DNA from: Candidatus Australimonas brisbanensis
GTDB taxonomy: Bacteria; Chloroflexota; Dehalococcoidia; Lucifugimonadales; Australimonadaceae
Direction: 5' to 3'
Length of the DNA: 64,000 nucleotides
NCBI GenBank assembly: GCA_038147155.1
Contig: JAYQTA010000005.1
Span: 26,745-90,744 of the forward strand
Part shown: positions 26,170-34,020 of the stretch, one piece after another
How the letters are laid out: every line of letters begins with the position of its first letter
Position numbering within the stretch: the first letter of the stretch is position 1
Translations under genes and position numbers: made by a program
The notes under the pieces: model-generated
Told to the model about the DNA's origin: nothing
Seen by the model: only the letters and a program-made list of their open reading frames with translations
The model's database searches: none

Positions 26170-26402
26170 TGGCGGGCGAACCCCAAGTGATGGACCTGCG
26201 CGGGATGCCGATGCCCGCGCACCTGAAGGAGGCGCTGGCCGCCGTGGAGCGCGCCGCCTCCGGGACACCGGTGAGCCTGCTCACCGACCAGGAGATCGTG
26301 CTCAAGGCAATCCCCGCTGCCGCACAGGCCAGAGGACTGAGGATGAAGCTGGCCATGCCCGAGGAGAACCTCTGGCGCATCGGCCTGGAGCAACGCGCAT
26401 AA
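26169..26402 (+). CDS. TusA/YeeD-like protein lacking the catalytic cysteine
   Basis: MDLRGMPMPAHLKEAL aligns with the TusA LDxxGxxCPxP motif, but Cys is replaced by Met and the protein contains no Cys at all. The ATG overlaps the yeeE TGA by 1 nt. Confidence 0.55.
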   Translation: MAGEPQVMDLRGMPMPAHLKEALAAVERAASGTPVSLLTDQEIVLKAIPAAAQARGLRMKLAMPEENLWRIGLEQRA

Positions 26403-26437
26403 CCCGCCCCCACGGGGCGCGGACACAAGGAGGAGCC

Positions 26438-26677
26438 ATGGCAGAGAACAACGAGGTGCCCGTGCTGGACGTGCGAGGGGAGATCTGTCCATACCCCATG
26501 CTGCGCACCAACGATGAACTGGACAAGAAGCGTCCGGGCACCCTGGCCCTGGACGTGCTCACCGACCACGCCCCTGCCCTCTCCACCATCCCTCCGCAGG
26601 CCCTCAAGCGCGGCTACGAGGTGGAGATCGACGAGGAGCGCCCCGGCGAGTGGCGATTGCACCTGACCAAGGCCTAA
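26438..26677 (+). CDS. tusA: TusA/YeeD-family sulfurtransferase
   Basis: LDVRGEICPYPMLRT carries the canonical CPxP active site. SD AAGGAGG lies 5 nt upstream. Confidence 0.75.
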   Translation: MAENNEVPVLDVRGEICPYPMLRTNDELDKKRPGTLALDVLTDHAPALSTIPPQALKRGYEVEIDEERPGEWRLHLTKA

Positions 26678-26720
26678 CTGACACCGGCCATGAGCCGGGA
26701 GAACAACCGAGGAGAGACCC

Positions 26721-27695
26721 ATGAGAGCATCCCGCATCCTGTCCGTGCTGTTGCTGAGCATCCTCACCGCGCTGACTTTGGCAGCCTGCTCCAGCGCCGA
26801 GCCCACCGCGACGGCCACCCCTGCCCCCGTCACCGACCCGCTGAACGCGGACATCGGAGCCAAGGGCTACGCCAAGCCCGGTCGTCTGGTCTCTGCCGCC
26901 TGGGTAGAGGCGCACCTGAACGACGGCAACGTGGTGGTGGTTGACCTGCGCGGCGAGGCCGACTACACCGCCGCCCACATCCCCGGCGCCGTCCGCCTGA
27001 CCCCGGGCGCCGTCTTCCAGGGCACCGACGCCAACGGCGTGCCCGGCATGCTGCCCTCCGGCGAGTCCATCGCCGCGGCACTGGGCGCGGTGGGCATCGA
27101 GCCCACGGACACGGTGGTTTTCTACGACGGTGCCTCCAACCTCTGGTCGTCCCGCGCGCTCTGGGCGCTGGACGTGTACGGCCACGCCGACTCGCGCCTG
27201 CTGGACGGGTCGTGGGCCGCCTGGGCGGGTAGCGGCAACGCCACCGAGGCCGAGGCGCCCGCCGTGACGGCGGCTACCTACGCCTTCTCCGGCGCGCCTC
27301 ACGAGGGTCTCATCGCCAACTGGGAGGAGGTTCTGGCCTCGGTGGAGGACCCGAGCACCATCGTGTGCGATGCCCGCTCGCCGGAGGAGTACGCCGGCCA
27401 GGACGTGCGCGCCGAGCGTGGCGGCCACATCCCCGACTCGGTGAACGTGAACTGGAACCGTGCCGTCAACGCTCACGGGGAGTTCCTCTCCGCCGCTGAA
27501 CTCAGGGCTCTGTACGCGGGCGAGGGCATCCAGGGCAACGAGACGGTCATCACCCTGTGCCAGACCGCCGTGCGCGCCACCCACACCTGGTTCGTACTCC
27601 AGGAGCTACTGGGCTACCCGTCCGTGCAGGTGTACGACGGCTCCTGGGTGGAGTGGGGCAACCGCGAAGACCTGCCCATCACCACCCGCGGCTAG
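26721..27695 (+). CDS. exported tandem-rhodanese thiosulfate sulfurtransferase lipoprotein
   Basis: Lipobox LTLAAC with a Thr/Pro linker. Two rhodanese domains. Active-site loop CQTAVRA, and a C-terminal YDGSWVEWG motif. Confidence 0.85.
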   Translation: MRASRILSVLLLSILTALTLAACSSAEPTATATPAPVTDPLNADIGAKGYAKPGRLVSAAWVEAHLNDGNVVVVDLRGEADYTAAHIPGAVRLTPGAVFQGTDANGVPGMLPSGESIAAALGAVGIEPTDTVVFYDGASNLWSSRALWALDVYGHADSRLLDGSWAAWAGSGNATEAEAPAVTAATYAFSGAPHEGLIANWEEVLASVEDPSTIVCDARSPEEYAGQDVRAERGGHIPDSVNVNWNRAVNAHGEFLSAAELRALYAGEGIQGNETVITLCQTAVRATHTWFVLQELLGYPSVQVYDGSWVEWGNREDLPITTRG

Positions 27696-27842
27696 GCACC
27701 CTCCCGCCGAAGCCGCGAAGCGAAGGGCCCCGGCGTATGCCGGGGCCCTTCTGCGTCTCTCCCTCCGATGGGGAAGCGCGGGTGGCACGGTTCAGGGACT
27801 AAGAACCTGGCGAGGGTCGATGGGGTAAGGAGTCGATGCCCG

Positions 27843-28891
27843 TCAGGCAAGGTCCTCGCGGGTGACGCCCTCGTGCTCAAGCACCAGGTCGGGGCCGTAG
27901 GCCTGAGCGGGCGTCTGGAACCCGGCAGGTGCCTATCCTGCGAGTGCCCGGCGCAGGACGGACAGGACGCAGGCCGCCGTCCCGGTGAGCCCCCCTCCGG
28001 GCCGTGCAGGCGAGCGCTCGCGTGGTTGCCCGCCGCATCCCGCACCTGGCCCCACACGTGCATCCGCGTGGCCGACCGCTGGGTCTCGGGCGCCCCCGGC
28101 TTCACGGAACGGCGGGCCAGGGCGCGCATCCACTCAAACCGCAGGAGCGGGGCGAGTACCTCCATGAGGGAGATCTGGCGGCGCAGAGCCGGGGGCAACG
28201 CGGCGTACACCGCGATATTGGGGATGCCGGTGCTGCGATGCGCCGTGACCAGGTCACCCCAGGGAAGCAGGTGCGCGGTGCGCGGGCCCTCGCCGAAGTC
28301 AACGCTCCGGCGCAGGTTCCCCCGCTTCGCGCGCACCAACTCCCCGTCCCGCCGCTCCCAGTTGGTGCCGTTCTGCGCATTCTCGATAAAGGTGCGCGCG
28401 GTGCCCGGCGGCATGCCCGCGGGCCCCATGATGTTGAAGGCCAGTTCCAGGTGGGTCGCCTCCGGCAGGCGCCGGTGCAGATACGCCGCGAGGCAATCGG
28501 TGGGCACCACGTCGAAACCCACGCTGGGCATCAGCATCACGCCCGCGCTGACCGCCGCCTCATGCAAGGCCAGGAGCCGTTGGTAGGCCGGCAGCTCACC
28601 AGAGATGGCCAGGTACTGGGTGCCGGTGCGCACGCAGGCTGGGGCGATGGCCTCCGCGGTGGGTAGATAGGGGCCCGCCAAGTTGAGCACCACGCACACC
28701 TCGGACAGGGCCGCCTCCAGAGCGCCGGTGTCCGTCACGCTGAACACCCGGTGCGGGACACCCAGGTGGGCAGCCGCCGCCGCGACCGGCTCCGAGTCAC
28801 GCCCCGCCACGATGGGTTCGAGCCCCGCTTCGGCGGCCAGGCGCGCGATGGCGCTGCCCACATAACCGGTGACGCCGTAGAGCAGGAACAT
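27843..28891 (-). pseudogene. saccharopine dehydrogenase-like NAD-binding protein, disrupted (1 frameshift + 1 in-frame TAG)
   Basis: N-terminus MFLLYGVTGYVGSAIA. The frame is lost in a G6 run (plus-strand C-run near 27990-27996). The sequence continues as GLTGTAACVLSVLRRALAG, then TAG (27933-27935), then APAGFQTPAQAYGPDLVLEHEGVTREDLA and TGA (27843-27845). Confidence 0.65.
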
Positions 28892-28924
28892 GGGCGCTCC
28901 CTCCGTCCGTCTGAGGGAGTGGGT

Positions 28925-29000
28925 TGGTGGAGCCGAGGGGATTCGAACCCCTGACCCCCTGCTTGCATAGCAGGTGCTCTTCCAGCTGAGCTACGGCCCC
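28925..29000 (-). tRNA. tRNA-Ala (anticodon TGC)
   Basis: GGGGCCGTAGCTCAGCTGGAAGAGCACCTGCTATGCAAGCAGGGGGTCAGGGGTTCGAATCCCCTCGGCTCCACCA. Cloverleaf with the G3:U70 identity pair and encoded CCA. Confidence 0.9.
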
Positions 29001-29054
29001 ACATGTGCGGCGCGCCGCGAACAGGCGCTGCCCCAGTATACCGGGCATGGGCTG

Positions 29055-30908
29055 CTAGGACAGGTCCAGCCCCTCCAGCGTTTCGCCGATGACGTGGTAG
29101 CGCCCGAAGGGGGGCATGAAGTAGGCACCCGCGATGTGACGGCGCACGGCTCGCAGCAGCTCCTGGCTGATGCGGATGCCCTCTGCCGCGGCGTCCTCGC
29201 CCGCCGCCTCCAGACGCGCAAACGCCTCGTCTGGCACGCTGATGCCGGGCACCTCGTGGTGGAGGAAGCGCGCGTGTCGCAGCGAGCGCAGGGGCAGCAC
29301 GCCCAGCAGCACCGGCAGCGGGAAGTCGCCCAGGCGCAGCGCCACACGCTCCAGCGCCGCCGGGTCGTACACGGGCTGGGTGAGCAGGAAGTGCGCCCCG
29401 GCGGCCGCCTTGCGCTCCAGCACGCGCAGCTCCCGGTCCAGGTCCTGGGCGTTGAGGTTCAACGCGGCGCCCACGAAGAAGGAGGTGGGCTCGTCGATGG
29501 CGCGCCCGTTGGCGTCCACGCCCCGGTTGAACCCGGACATGAGCTTGATGAGGCCGGAGGCGGTGACGTCGGCCAGGGAGGTCGCCTGGGGGTAGTCGCC
29601 GGTGAGGGGCACGTCGCCCATGACGGTGAAGACGTTGCGCACGCCCAGGGCGTGGGCCCCCAGCAGGTCGGAGTGGAGGGCCAGAAGGTTCCGGTGCCGG
29701 ATGGCCAGGTGCATGATGGTCTCGATGCCCAGGCGCGACTGGAGCAGCGAGCAGGTGGCCAGGGCGCTCATGCGCCCCTGGGCCCGCGGGCTGTCGGCCA
29801 CGTTGACGGCATGAAGGTGGCCCAGCGCGGGGCGCAGCGCCTCCAGCGTGGCGCTGATGTCGAACCCGCGCGGCGGTGAGAGCTCGGCGGTGACGACGAA
29901 CTCGCCCCGTGCCATGCGCTCTGCGATGGCGGTGCGCTCAGCGGCGCGGGCCGGTGTGGCAGGCGCGGGGGCTGGGTCGGGCGGCTCACGGCGCGGTGCG
30001 GCGGGCCGCGGGGCGCGTGAGCGGCGGGCGTGGACACCACGCAGGGCATCCCGCGCCGCGGCGATGTGCGCGGGGGTGGTGCCGCAGCACCCGCCCAGGA
30101 GCACGGCTCCTGCCTCGGCCATCTGGCGGGCGCTCTCGGCGAAGTACTGCGGGCCCGTGACGTAGCTCAGTGCGCCGGCGATGTAGGTGGGCAACCCCGC
30201 GTTGGGCTGGGCGGACAGCGGCACGTTGGTCACCGTGCCCATGCGCTCGGCCACCCGGCGCACCAGGTCGGGCCCCACGGAGCAGTTGGCGCCCAGCACG
30301 TCCACGCCCAGGACCGCCAGGGCCTGCGCGGTCTCCTCCGGGGTGTCGCCGGCGGGGGTGAGCCCCTCCTCGGTGAAGGTGAGCTGGCACACCAGGGGCA
30401 GTGATGAGACGGAGCGAACCGCGGCGACGGCCAACCGCGCCTCGGCCAGGGAGGTGAACGTCTCCAGGACGAACACGTCCACCCCGGCATCGGCCAGCAC
30501 CGCCGCCTGCTGGGCGAAGGCGTTGTGCGCCCCGGCGGCGTCCAGCGCGCCCACGCTTACCGCCTCGCGCCCCAATGGCCCGATGGAACCGCCCACCCAC
30601 ACGTCCTGCCCCGTGAGGCGCCGTGCCTCCTGCGCCAGGGCCACGCCCGCGCGGTTCAGCTCCTCCACGCGCTCTCCGGCGCCGAGAGCCGTCAGCTTGA
30701 GCGGGTTGGCGAGGAACGTGTTGGTCTGAATCAGCTCGGAGCCCGCGCACAGGTAGTCCAGGTGGATGGCCCGCACCGTCTCGGCGTGCTCCAGGTTGGC
30801 CAGGTGCACCCGCGCGCCCGGCACGCCGTGGGTGAACAACTCCGTGCCGATGGCGCCATCGGACAGGAGCGGGCCTTGCTGGAGGCGTTGGGTGAGGGAG
30901 CGGGGCAT
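29055..30908 (-). CDS. yitJ: bifunctional homocysteine S-methyltransferase domain / 5,10-methylenetetrahydrofolate reductase (YitJ-type)
   Basis: N-terminal Hcy-binding domain (LLSDGAIGTEL...GGCCGTTPAHI). C-terminal MetF-like domain (FVVTAELSPPRG...FLLTQPVYD). Start at ATG 30908. The upstream ORF-track extension is rejected. Confidence 0.85.
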   Translation of the reverse strand: MPRSLTQRLQQGPLLSDGAIGTELFTHGVPGARVHLANLEHAETVRAIHLDYLCAGSELIQTNTFLANPLKLTALGAGERVEELNRAGVALAQEARRLTGQDVWVGGSIGPLGREAVSVGALDAAGAHNAFAQQAAVLADAGVDVFVLETFTSLAEARLAVAAVRSVSSLPLVCQLTFTEEGLTPAGDTPEETAQALAVLGVDVLGANCSVGPDLVRRVAERMGTVTNVPLSAQPNAGLPTYIAGALSYVTGPQYFAESARQMAEAGAVLLGGCCGTTPAHIAAARDALRGVHARRSRAPRPAAPRREPPDPAPAPATPARAAERTAIAERMARGEFVVTAELSPPRGFDISATLEALRPALGHLHAVNVADSPRAQGRMSALATCSLLQSRLGIETIMHLAIRHRNLLALHSDLLGAHALGVRNVFTVMGDVPLTGDYPQATSLADVTASGLIKLMSGFNRGVDANGRAIDEPTSFFVGAALNLNAQDLDRELRVLERKAAAGAHFLLTQPVYDPAALERVALRLGDFPLPVLLGVLPLRSLRHARFLHHEVPGISVPDEAFARLEAAGEDAAAEGIRISQELLRAVRRHIAGAYFMPPFGRYHVIGETLEGLDLS

Positions 30909-30978
30909 GGTCCTCGGGGGCGCGATGCGCGGGGGCGTCCTGCCCATTGTACCCGGCGCAAGCGGCACGGGCAGTGCG

Positions 30979-31007
30979 TTGCGAGCACCGGAAGCGGGCC
31001 GTATCCT
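30979..31007 (+). promoter_or_regulatory. putative promoter TTGCGA-N17-TATCCT for lctP
   Basis: Hexamers at 30979-30984 and 31002-31007 in the divergent yitJ/lctP intergenic region. A TACAAT box on the opposite strand could serve yitJ. Confidence 0.35.
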
Positions 31008-31048
31008 CACCCCGCCCTGCGGGGCCATCCCCCAACCAGGCGGTGCGC

Positions 31049-32635
31049 GTGAACGGCCCCGAACTGACCCTGCTCTACTGGCTGCTGGCCGCCGCCCCCG
31101 TGGCGTTGCTGGTGGTGACGATCCTGTGGCGCAAGTGGTCCGCCCCCCGGGCGGGCGCGGCGGCGTGGGTGCTGGCCATGGCCATCGCTCTGCCCGCCTT
31201 CGGCGCATCGAGCCAGCAGGGCGCCATCGCCTCGGCCAAGGGGCTGAGCCTGGCGCTGTTCGTCCTCACCATCGTGTGGACCTCGGTCTACATGTTCAAC
31301 CTGGTGGACCGGCTTCGTGGCATCTCGGTCATCGGCCGAACCATGGCGCGCCTCACCGACGACCGCCTCGCCCAGGCGTTGCTGGTGGGCTGGGGTTTCT
31401 CCTCCTTCATCCAGGGCGTCACCGGGTTCGGGGTGCCCGTGGCGGTGGCGGCGCCCCTGCTCATCATGCTGGGGTTCAACCCGGTGAAGGCCGCCGCCAT
31501 CGCCCTGGTGGGCCACGGGTGGGCGGTCACCTTCGGGTCGATGGGCTCCTCCTACTACACCATCCAGCTGGTGACGGGCTACGACGGCGATGTCATCGGC
31601 CCGCACATGGCGGCGCTGTTCGCCCCCATCGTCGTCGCCTCGGGCATCGCCGTGGCAGCGCTGCACGGCGGCTGGGCGGACGTGCGCCGCTCCCTGCCCA
31701 CGGTGGTGGTGGCGGGCGTGGTGATGGCCGCTCTCCAGTTCACCATGGCCTGGCTGGGCGCCCCGCAGATAGCCAGTTCCGTGCCCGCGCTGGCGGGGAT
31801 GGTGGTCATCGCCCTGTTGGCGCGCACGCCCTTCTTCCCGCGCCACGGCGAGCCCGCCGCCCCCACCGAAGACGCCGAGGCCGCGCCCATGCCCTTCTGG
31901 CTGGCCATCCTGCCCTACGCCCTGCTCATCACCCTGAGCGTGCTCTCGCAGATAGGCCCCATCAAGAACGCCGTGAAGAACCTCCAGTTCGCACTGAACT
32001 ACCCCGGCTTCACCACGGGGGAGGGCTTCGCCGTGCCGGCGGCGACGGCCTACGCGCCCATCAAGCTGCTGAACCACCCTGCCCCGCTCATCATCATCTC
32101 CGTGGTGGCCAGCGCGCTGGTGCTGGCGCGCATGGGGCGCTGGAAGCGCGCGGCGGCGTGGGAGGCAGCCAAGCTCACCTACGCCCAGTGCCTCTCCACC
32201 ACCCTCGGCGTGAGCCTGATGGTGATGATGGCCGTGGTCATGGCCGACACCGGCATGACGGTGCTCCTGGCGCGGGGGATAGCCAACGCGTCGGGTCCCC
32301 TGTTCCCGCTGGTCTCGCCTTTCATCGGCCTGCTGGGCTCGTTCATGAGCGGGTCCAACACCAACTCCAACGTGATGTTCGGCCTGCTCCAGGTGGAGAC
32401 GGCGCGTGCGCTGGACATCGGCGGGGTGACCATCGCCTCGATCCAGTCCATCGGCGCATCAGTGGGCTCGACCATGGCGCCCACCAAGGTGTTGGTGGGC
32501 GCGGCGGTGGTGGGCCTGGCCGGGCGTGAGAACGAGATATTCCGGAAGGTCACCGTGGCGGTGTTGGCGCTGGTGCTACTCACCGGCATCGAGGCGCTGG
32601 TGCTGGTGATGCTCATCTCCGGGTGGACGAGGTAA
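31049..32635 (+). CDS. lctP: L-lactate permease (LctP family)
   Basis: Family motifs GWGFSSFIQGVTGFGVPVAV and SFMSGSNTNSNVMFG. The start is uncertain (GTG 31043 or 31049). The ORF-track start 30947 overlaps the divergent promoter region. Confidence 0.8.
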   Translation: MNGPELTLLYWLLAAAPVALLVVTILWRKWSAPRAGAAAWVLAMAIALPAFGASSQQGAIASAKGLSLALFVLTIVWTSVYMFNLVDRLRGISVIGRTMARLTDDRLAQALLVGWGFSSFIQGVTGFGVPVAVAAPLLIMLGFNPVKAAAIALVGHGWAVTFGSMGSSYYTIQLVTGYDGDVIGPHMAALFAPIVVASGIAVAALHGGWADVRRSLPTVVVAGVVMAALQFTMAWLGAPQIASSVPALAGMVVIALLARTPFFPRHGEPAAPTEDAEAAPMPFWLAILPYALLITLSVLSQIGPIKNAVKNLQFALNYPGFTTGEGFAVPAATAYAPIKLLNHPAPLIIISVVASALVLARMGRWKRAAAWEAAKLTYAQCLSTTLGVSLMVMMAVVMADTGMTVLLARGIANASGPLFPLVSPFIGLLGSFMSGSNTNSNVMFGLLQVETARALDIGGVTIASIQSIGASVGSTMAPTKVLVGAAVVGLAGRENEIFRKVTVAVLALVLLTGIEALVLVMLISGWTR

Positions 32636-32637
32636 CC

Positions 32638-32808
32638 ATGCTCTCCAACGCGACGAAGAAGCGGATGCGCCACCTGGCCCTGGCGGGGGTGGGCGCGAGT
32701 TTCGTGCTGCTCTACGTGGGGGCCGTGAGCCTCGACTCTGCCGCGCTCACGCTGGCGGGGCTCATCACGGCGGCCATCACCGCCGTGGACGCCTGGCTGG
32801 CGTTCTAG
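32638..32808 (+). CDS. small hydrophobic protein (2 predicted TM helices)
   Basis: MLSNATKKRMRHLALAGVGASFVLLYVGAVSLDSAALTLAGLITAAITAVDAWLAF. The ATG lies 3 nt after the lctP TAA. No recognisable family. Confidence 0.35.
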   Translation: MLSNATKKRMRHLALAGVGASFVLLYVGAVSLDSAALTLAGLITAAITAVDAWLAF

Positions 32809-32824
32809 ACCGCCTCGCCCACGG

Positions 32825-33823
32825 CTACTGGAACGGCTGGAAGCACGAGAGGATGCACGTGGCGCGCGCGTTCGCGTCCAGGGGCGACACGTCGCCCGTG
32901 TTGGTGTGCACCAGCCAGAGGCCGTACAGCACCGGGTTGTTGAGCGCATCCGCCCCGCGCCCCTCCACCACCCAGCGGGAGGTGTTCTCCCGTGTGGCCG
33001 TGAAGTTGTCCAGCGACGGCGGCGGGGTGCAGCAGTCGTATACCGCCACCCATACGCGCACGGCGGCCTGCTCAGCGATGAGCGCCACCGGGGCCGCCCC
33101 GCACGCCGCCTCCACCGCCTGGGCGCGTTCGTCGCGCGCGCCCACCGCGCCCGTGGCCGCGTCCACCTCCCACAGACCGTAGGAGGTGTCGTCGGTGCGC
33201 CCCTCCACCAGCCACACCCCGCCCACGTCCTGCAGGCCGATGAAGCTGTCCAGCGACGGGTAGTCCTGGGAGCACGAGTAGATGGACGACCACACGCGCA
33301 GGGCGGCGAGCGAGGCGTAGGTGATGGCCGCGCCGCTCCCACCCGTCACCGGGTCGGCGAAGAGCGGCGGGGCCGGCTCGCCGTCCAACAGCACCGTGGG
33401 GTAGGCGCAGGTGAATCGGCCCAGGGCTATCTGCTGCGCAGCGTAGTCGCGCGGAAGGGCCACGCCCGCCCCGCCATCGTCCACCCGCCAGGTGCCCAGC
33501 GTCACCGCGAAGTCGGTGGTGATGGCCTGGATCGCCCACGAGCGCGTGAGGGCATCGTAGGAGGAGTCGAAGAATATACGCACCGCCGTCGCGGACTCAC
33601 CACCGCTGCCCAGCGCCGTGGCACAGGCCGTGATCTGCCGCAGCACGATGCCCTCCGCCTCGGCCCGGCCGGTGAGCGGGGATGGGGTGGGCGTGGGGGT
33701 GGGGGTGGGCTCGGACGCAAGGGGGGTGGGCGTCGGCGTGGGCGTGGGTGCGACCTGCTGTTGGCCAGCGGGCTGCTGCACCACGGGGGCGGACTCGCCG
33801 CCCAGCGAGCAGGCGGCGCTCAC
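32825..33823 (-). CDS. uncharacterised Cys-containing triple-repeat (lipo)protein; true N-terminus probably upstream and frameshifted
   Basis: The ORF begins inside a lipobox context (..LALALVSAAC S). A Thr/Pro linker follows, then three repeats of about 80 aa sharing A.RVW..Y.C...PSLD.F...W.VEG...YGLW.V..TG pattern. See finding. Confidence 0.6.
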   Translation of the reverse strand: MSAACSLGGESAPVVQQPAGQQQVAPTPTPTPTPLASEPTPTPTPTPSPLTGRAEAEGIVLRQITACATALGSGGESATAVRIFFDSSYDALTRSWAIQAITTDFAVTLGTWRVDDGGAGVALPRDYAAQQIALGRFTCAYPTVLLDGEPAPPLFADPVTGGSGAAITYASLAALRVWSSIYSCSQDYPSLDSFIGLQDVGGVWLVEGRTDDTSYGLWEVDAATGAVGARDERAQAVEAACGAAPVALIAEQAAVRVWVAVYDCCTPPPSLDNFTATRENTSRWVVEGRGADALNNPVLYGLWLVHTNTGDVSPLDANARATCILSCFQPFQ

Positions 33824-34020
33824 TAGCGCCAGCGCCAGGCCAACGGCGGGAGCAGGAAACGGTTGCGGCGGAGCCTTGCCACGTTCACCCCTGGGCGGCC
33901 TGGGCCACCCTCCGCTCCCAAGGGTACCGGGCGCGGGCTCCCGCGCCCACGCTCGCAGGTGCGCGAGGGCACCGTACCTTGGTACAGGAGAAAGCGGGTC
34001 AGGTGCCGCAGGGGCCGGGG

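Noticed and set aside
21444-27935. TAG as a recoded sense codon (pyrrolysine, or Trp reassignment) explaining the in-frame TAGs
   Set aside because: TAG terminates many intact genes here (the LigB-type gene at 21340, rsmH, ftsZ, pdxA, the UbiD paralogs). No pyl genes or suppressor tRNA are visible. One of the three stops in the zf-UBP gene is TAA.
30909-31048. SAM (S-box) riboswitch upstream of the yitJ-type gene
   Set aside because: The distance from the TACAAT box to the ATG is only about 35 nt, which is too short for a riboswitch. No S-box conserved helices were seen.
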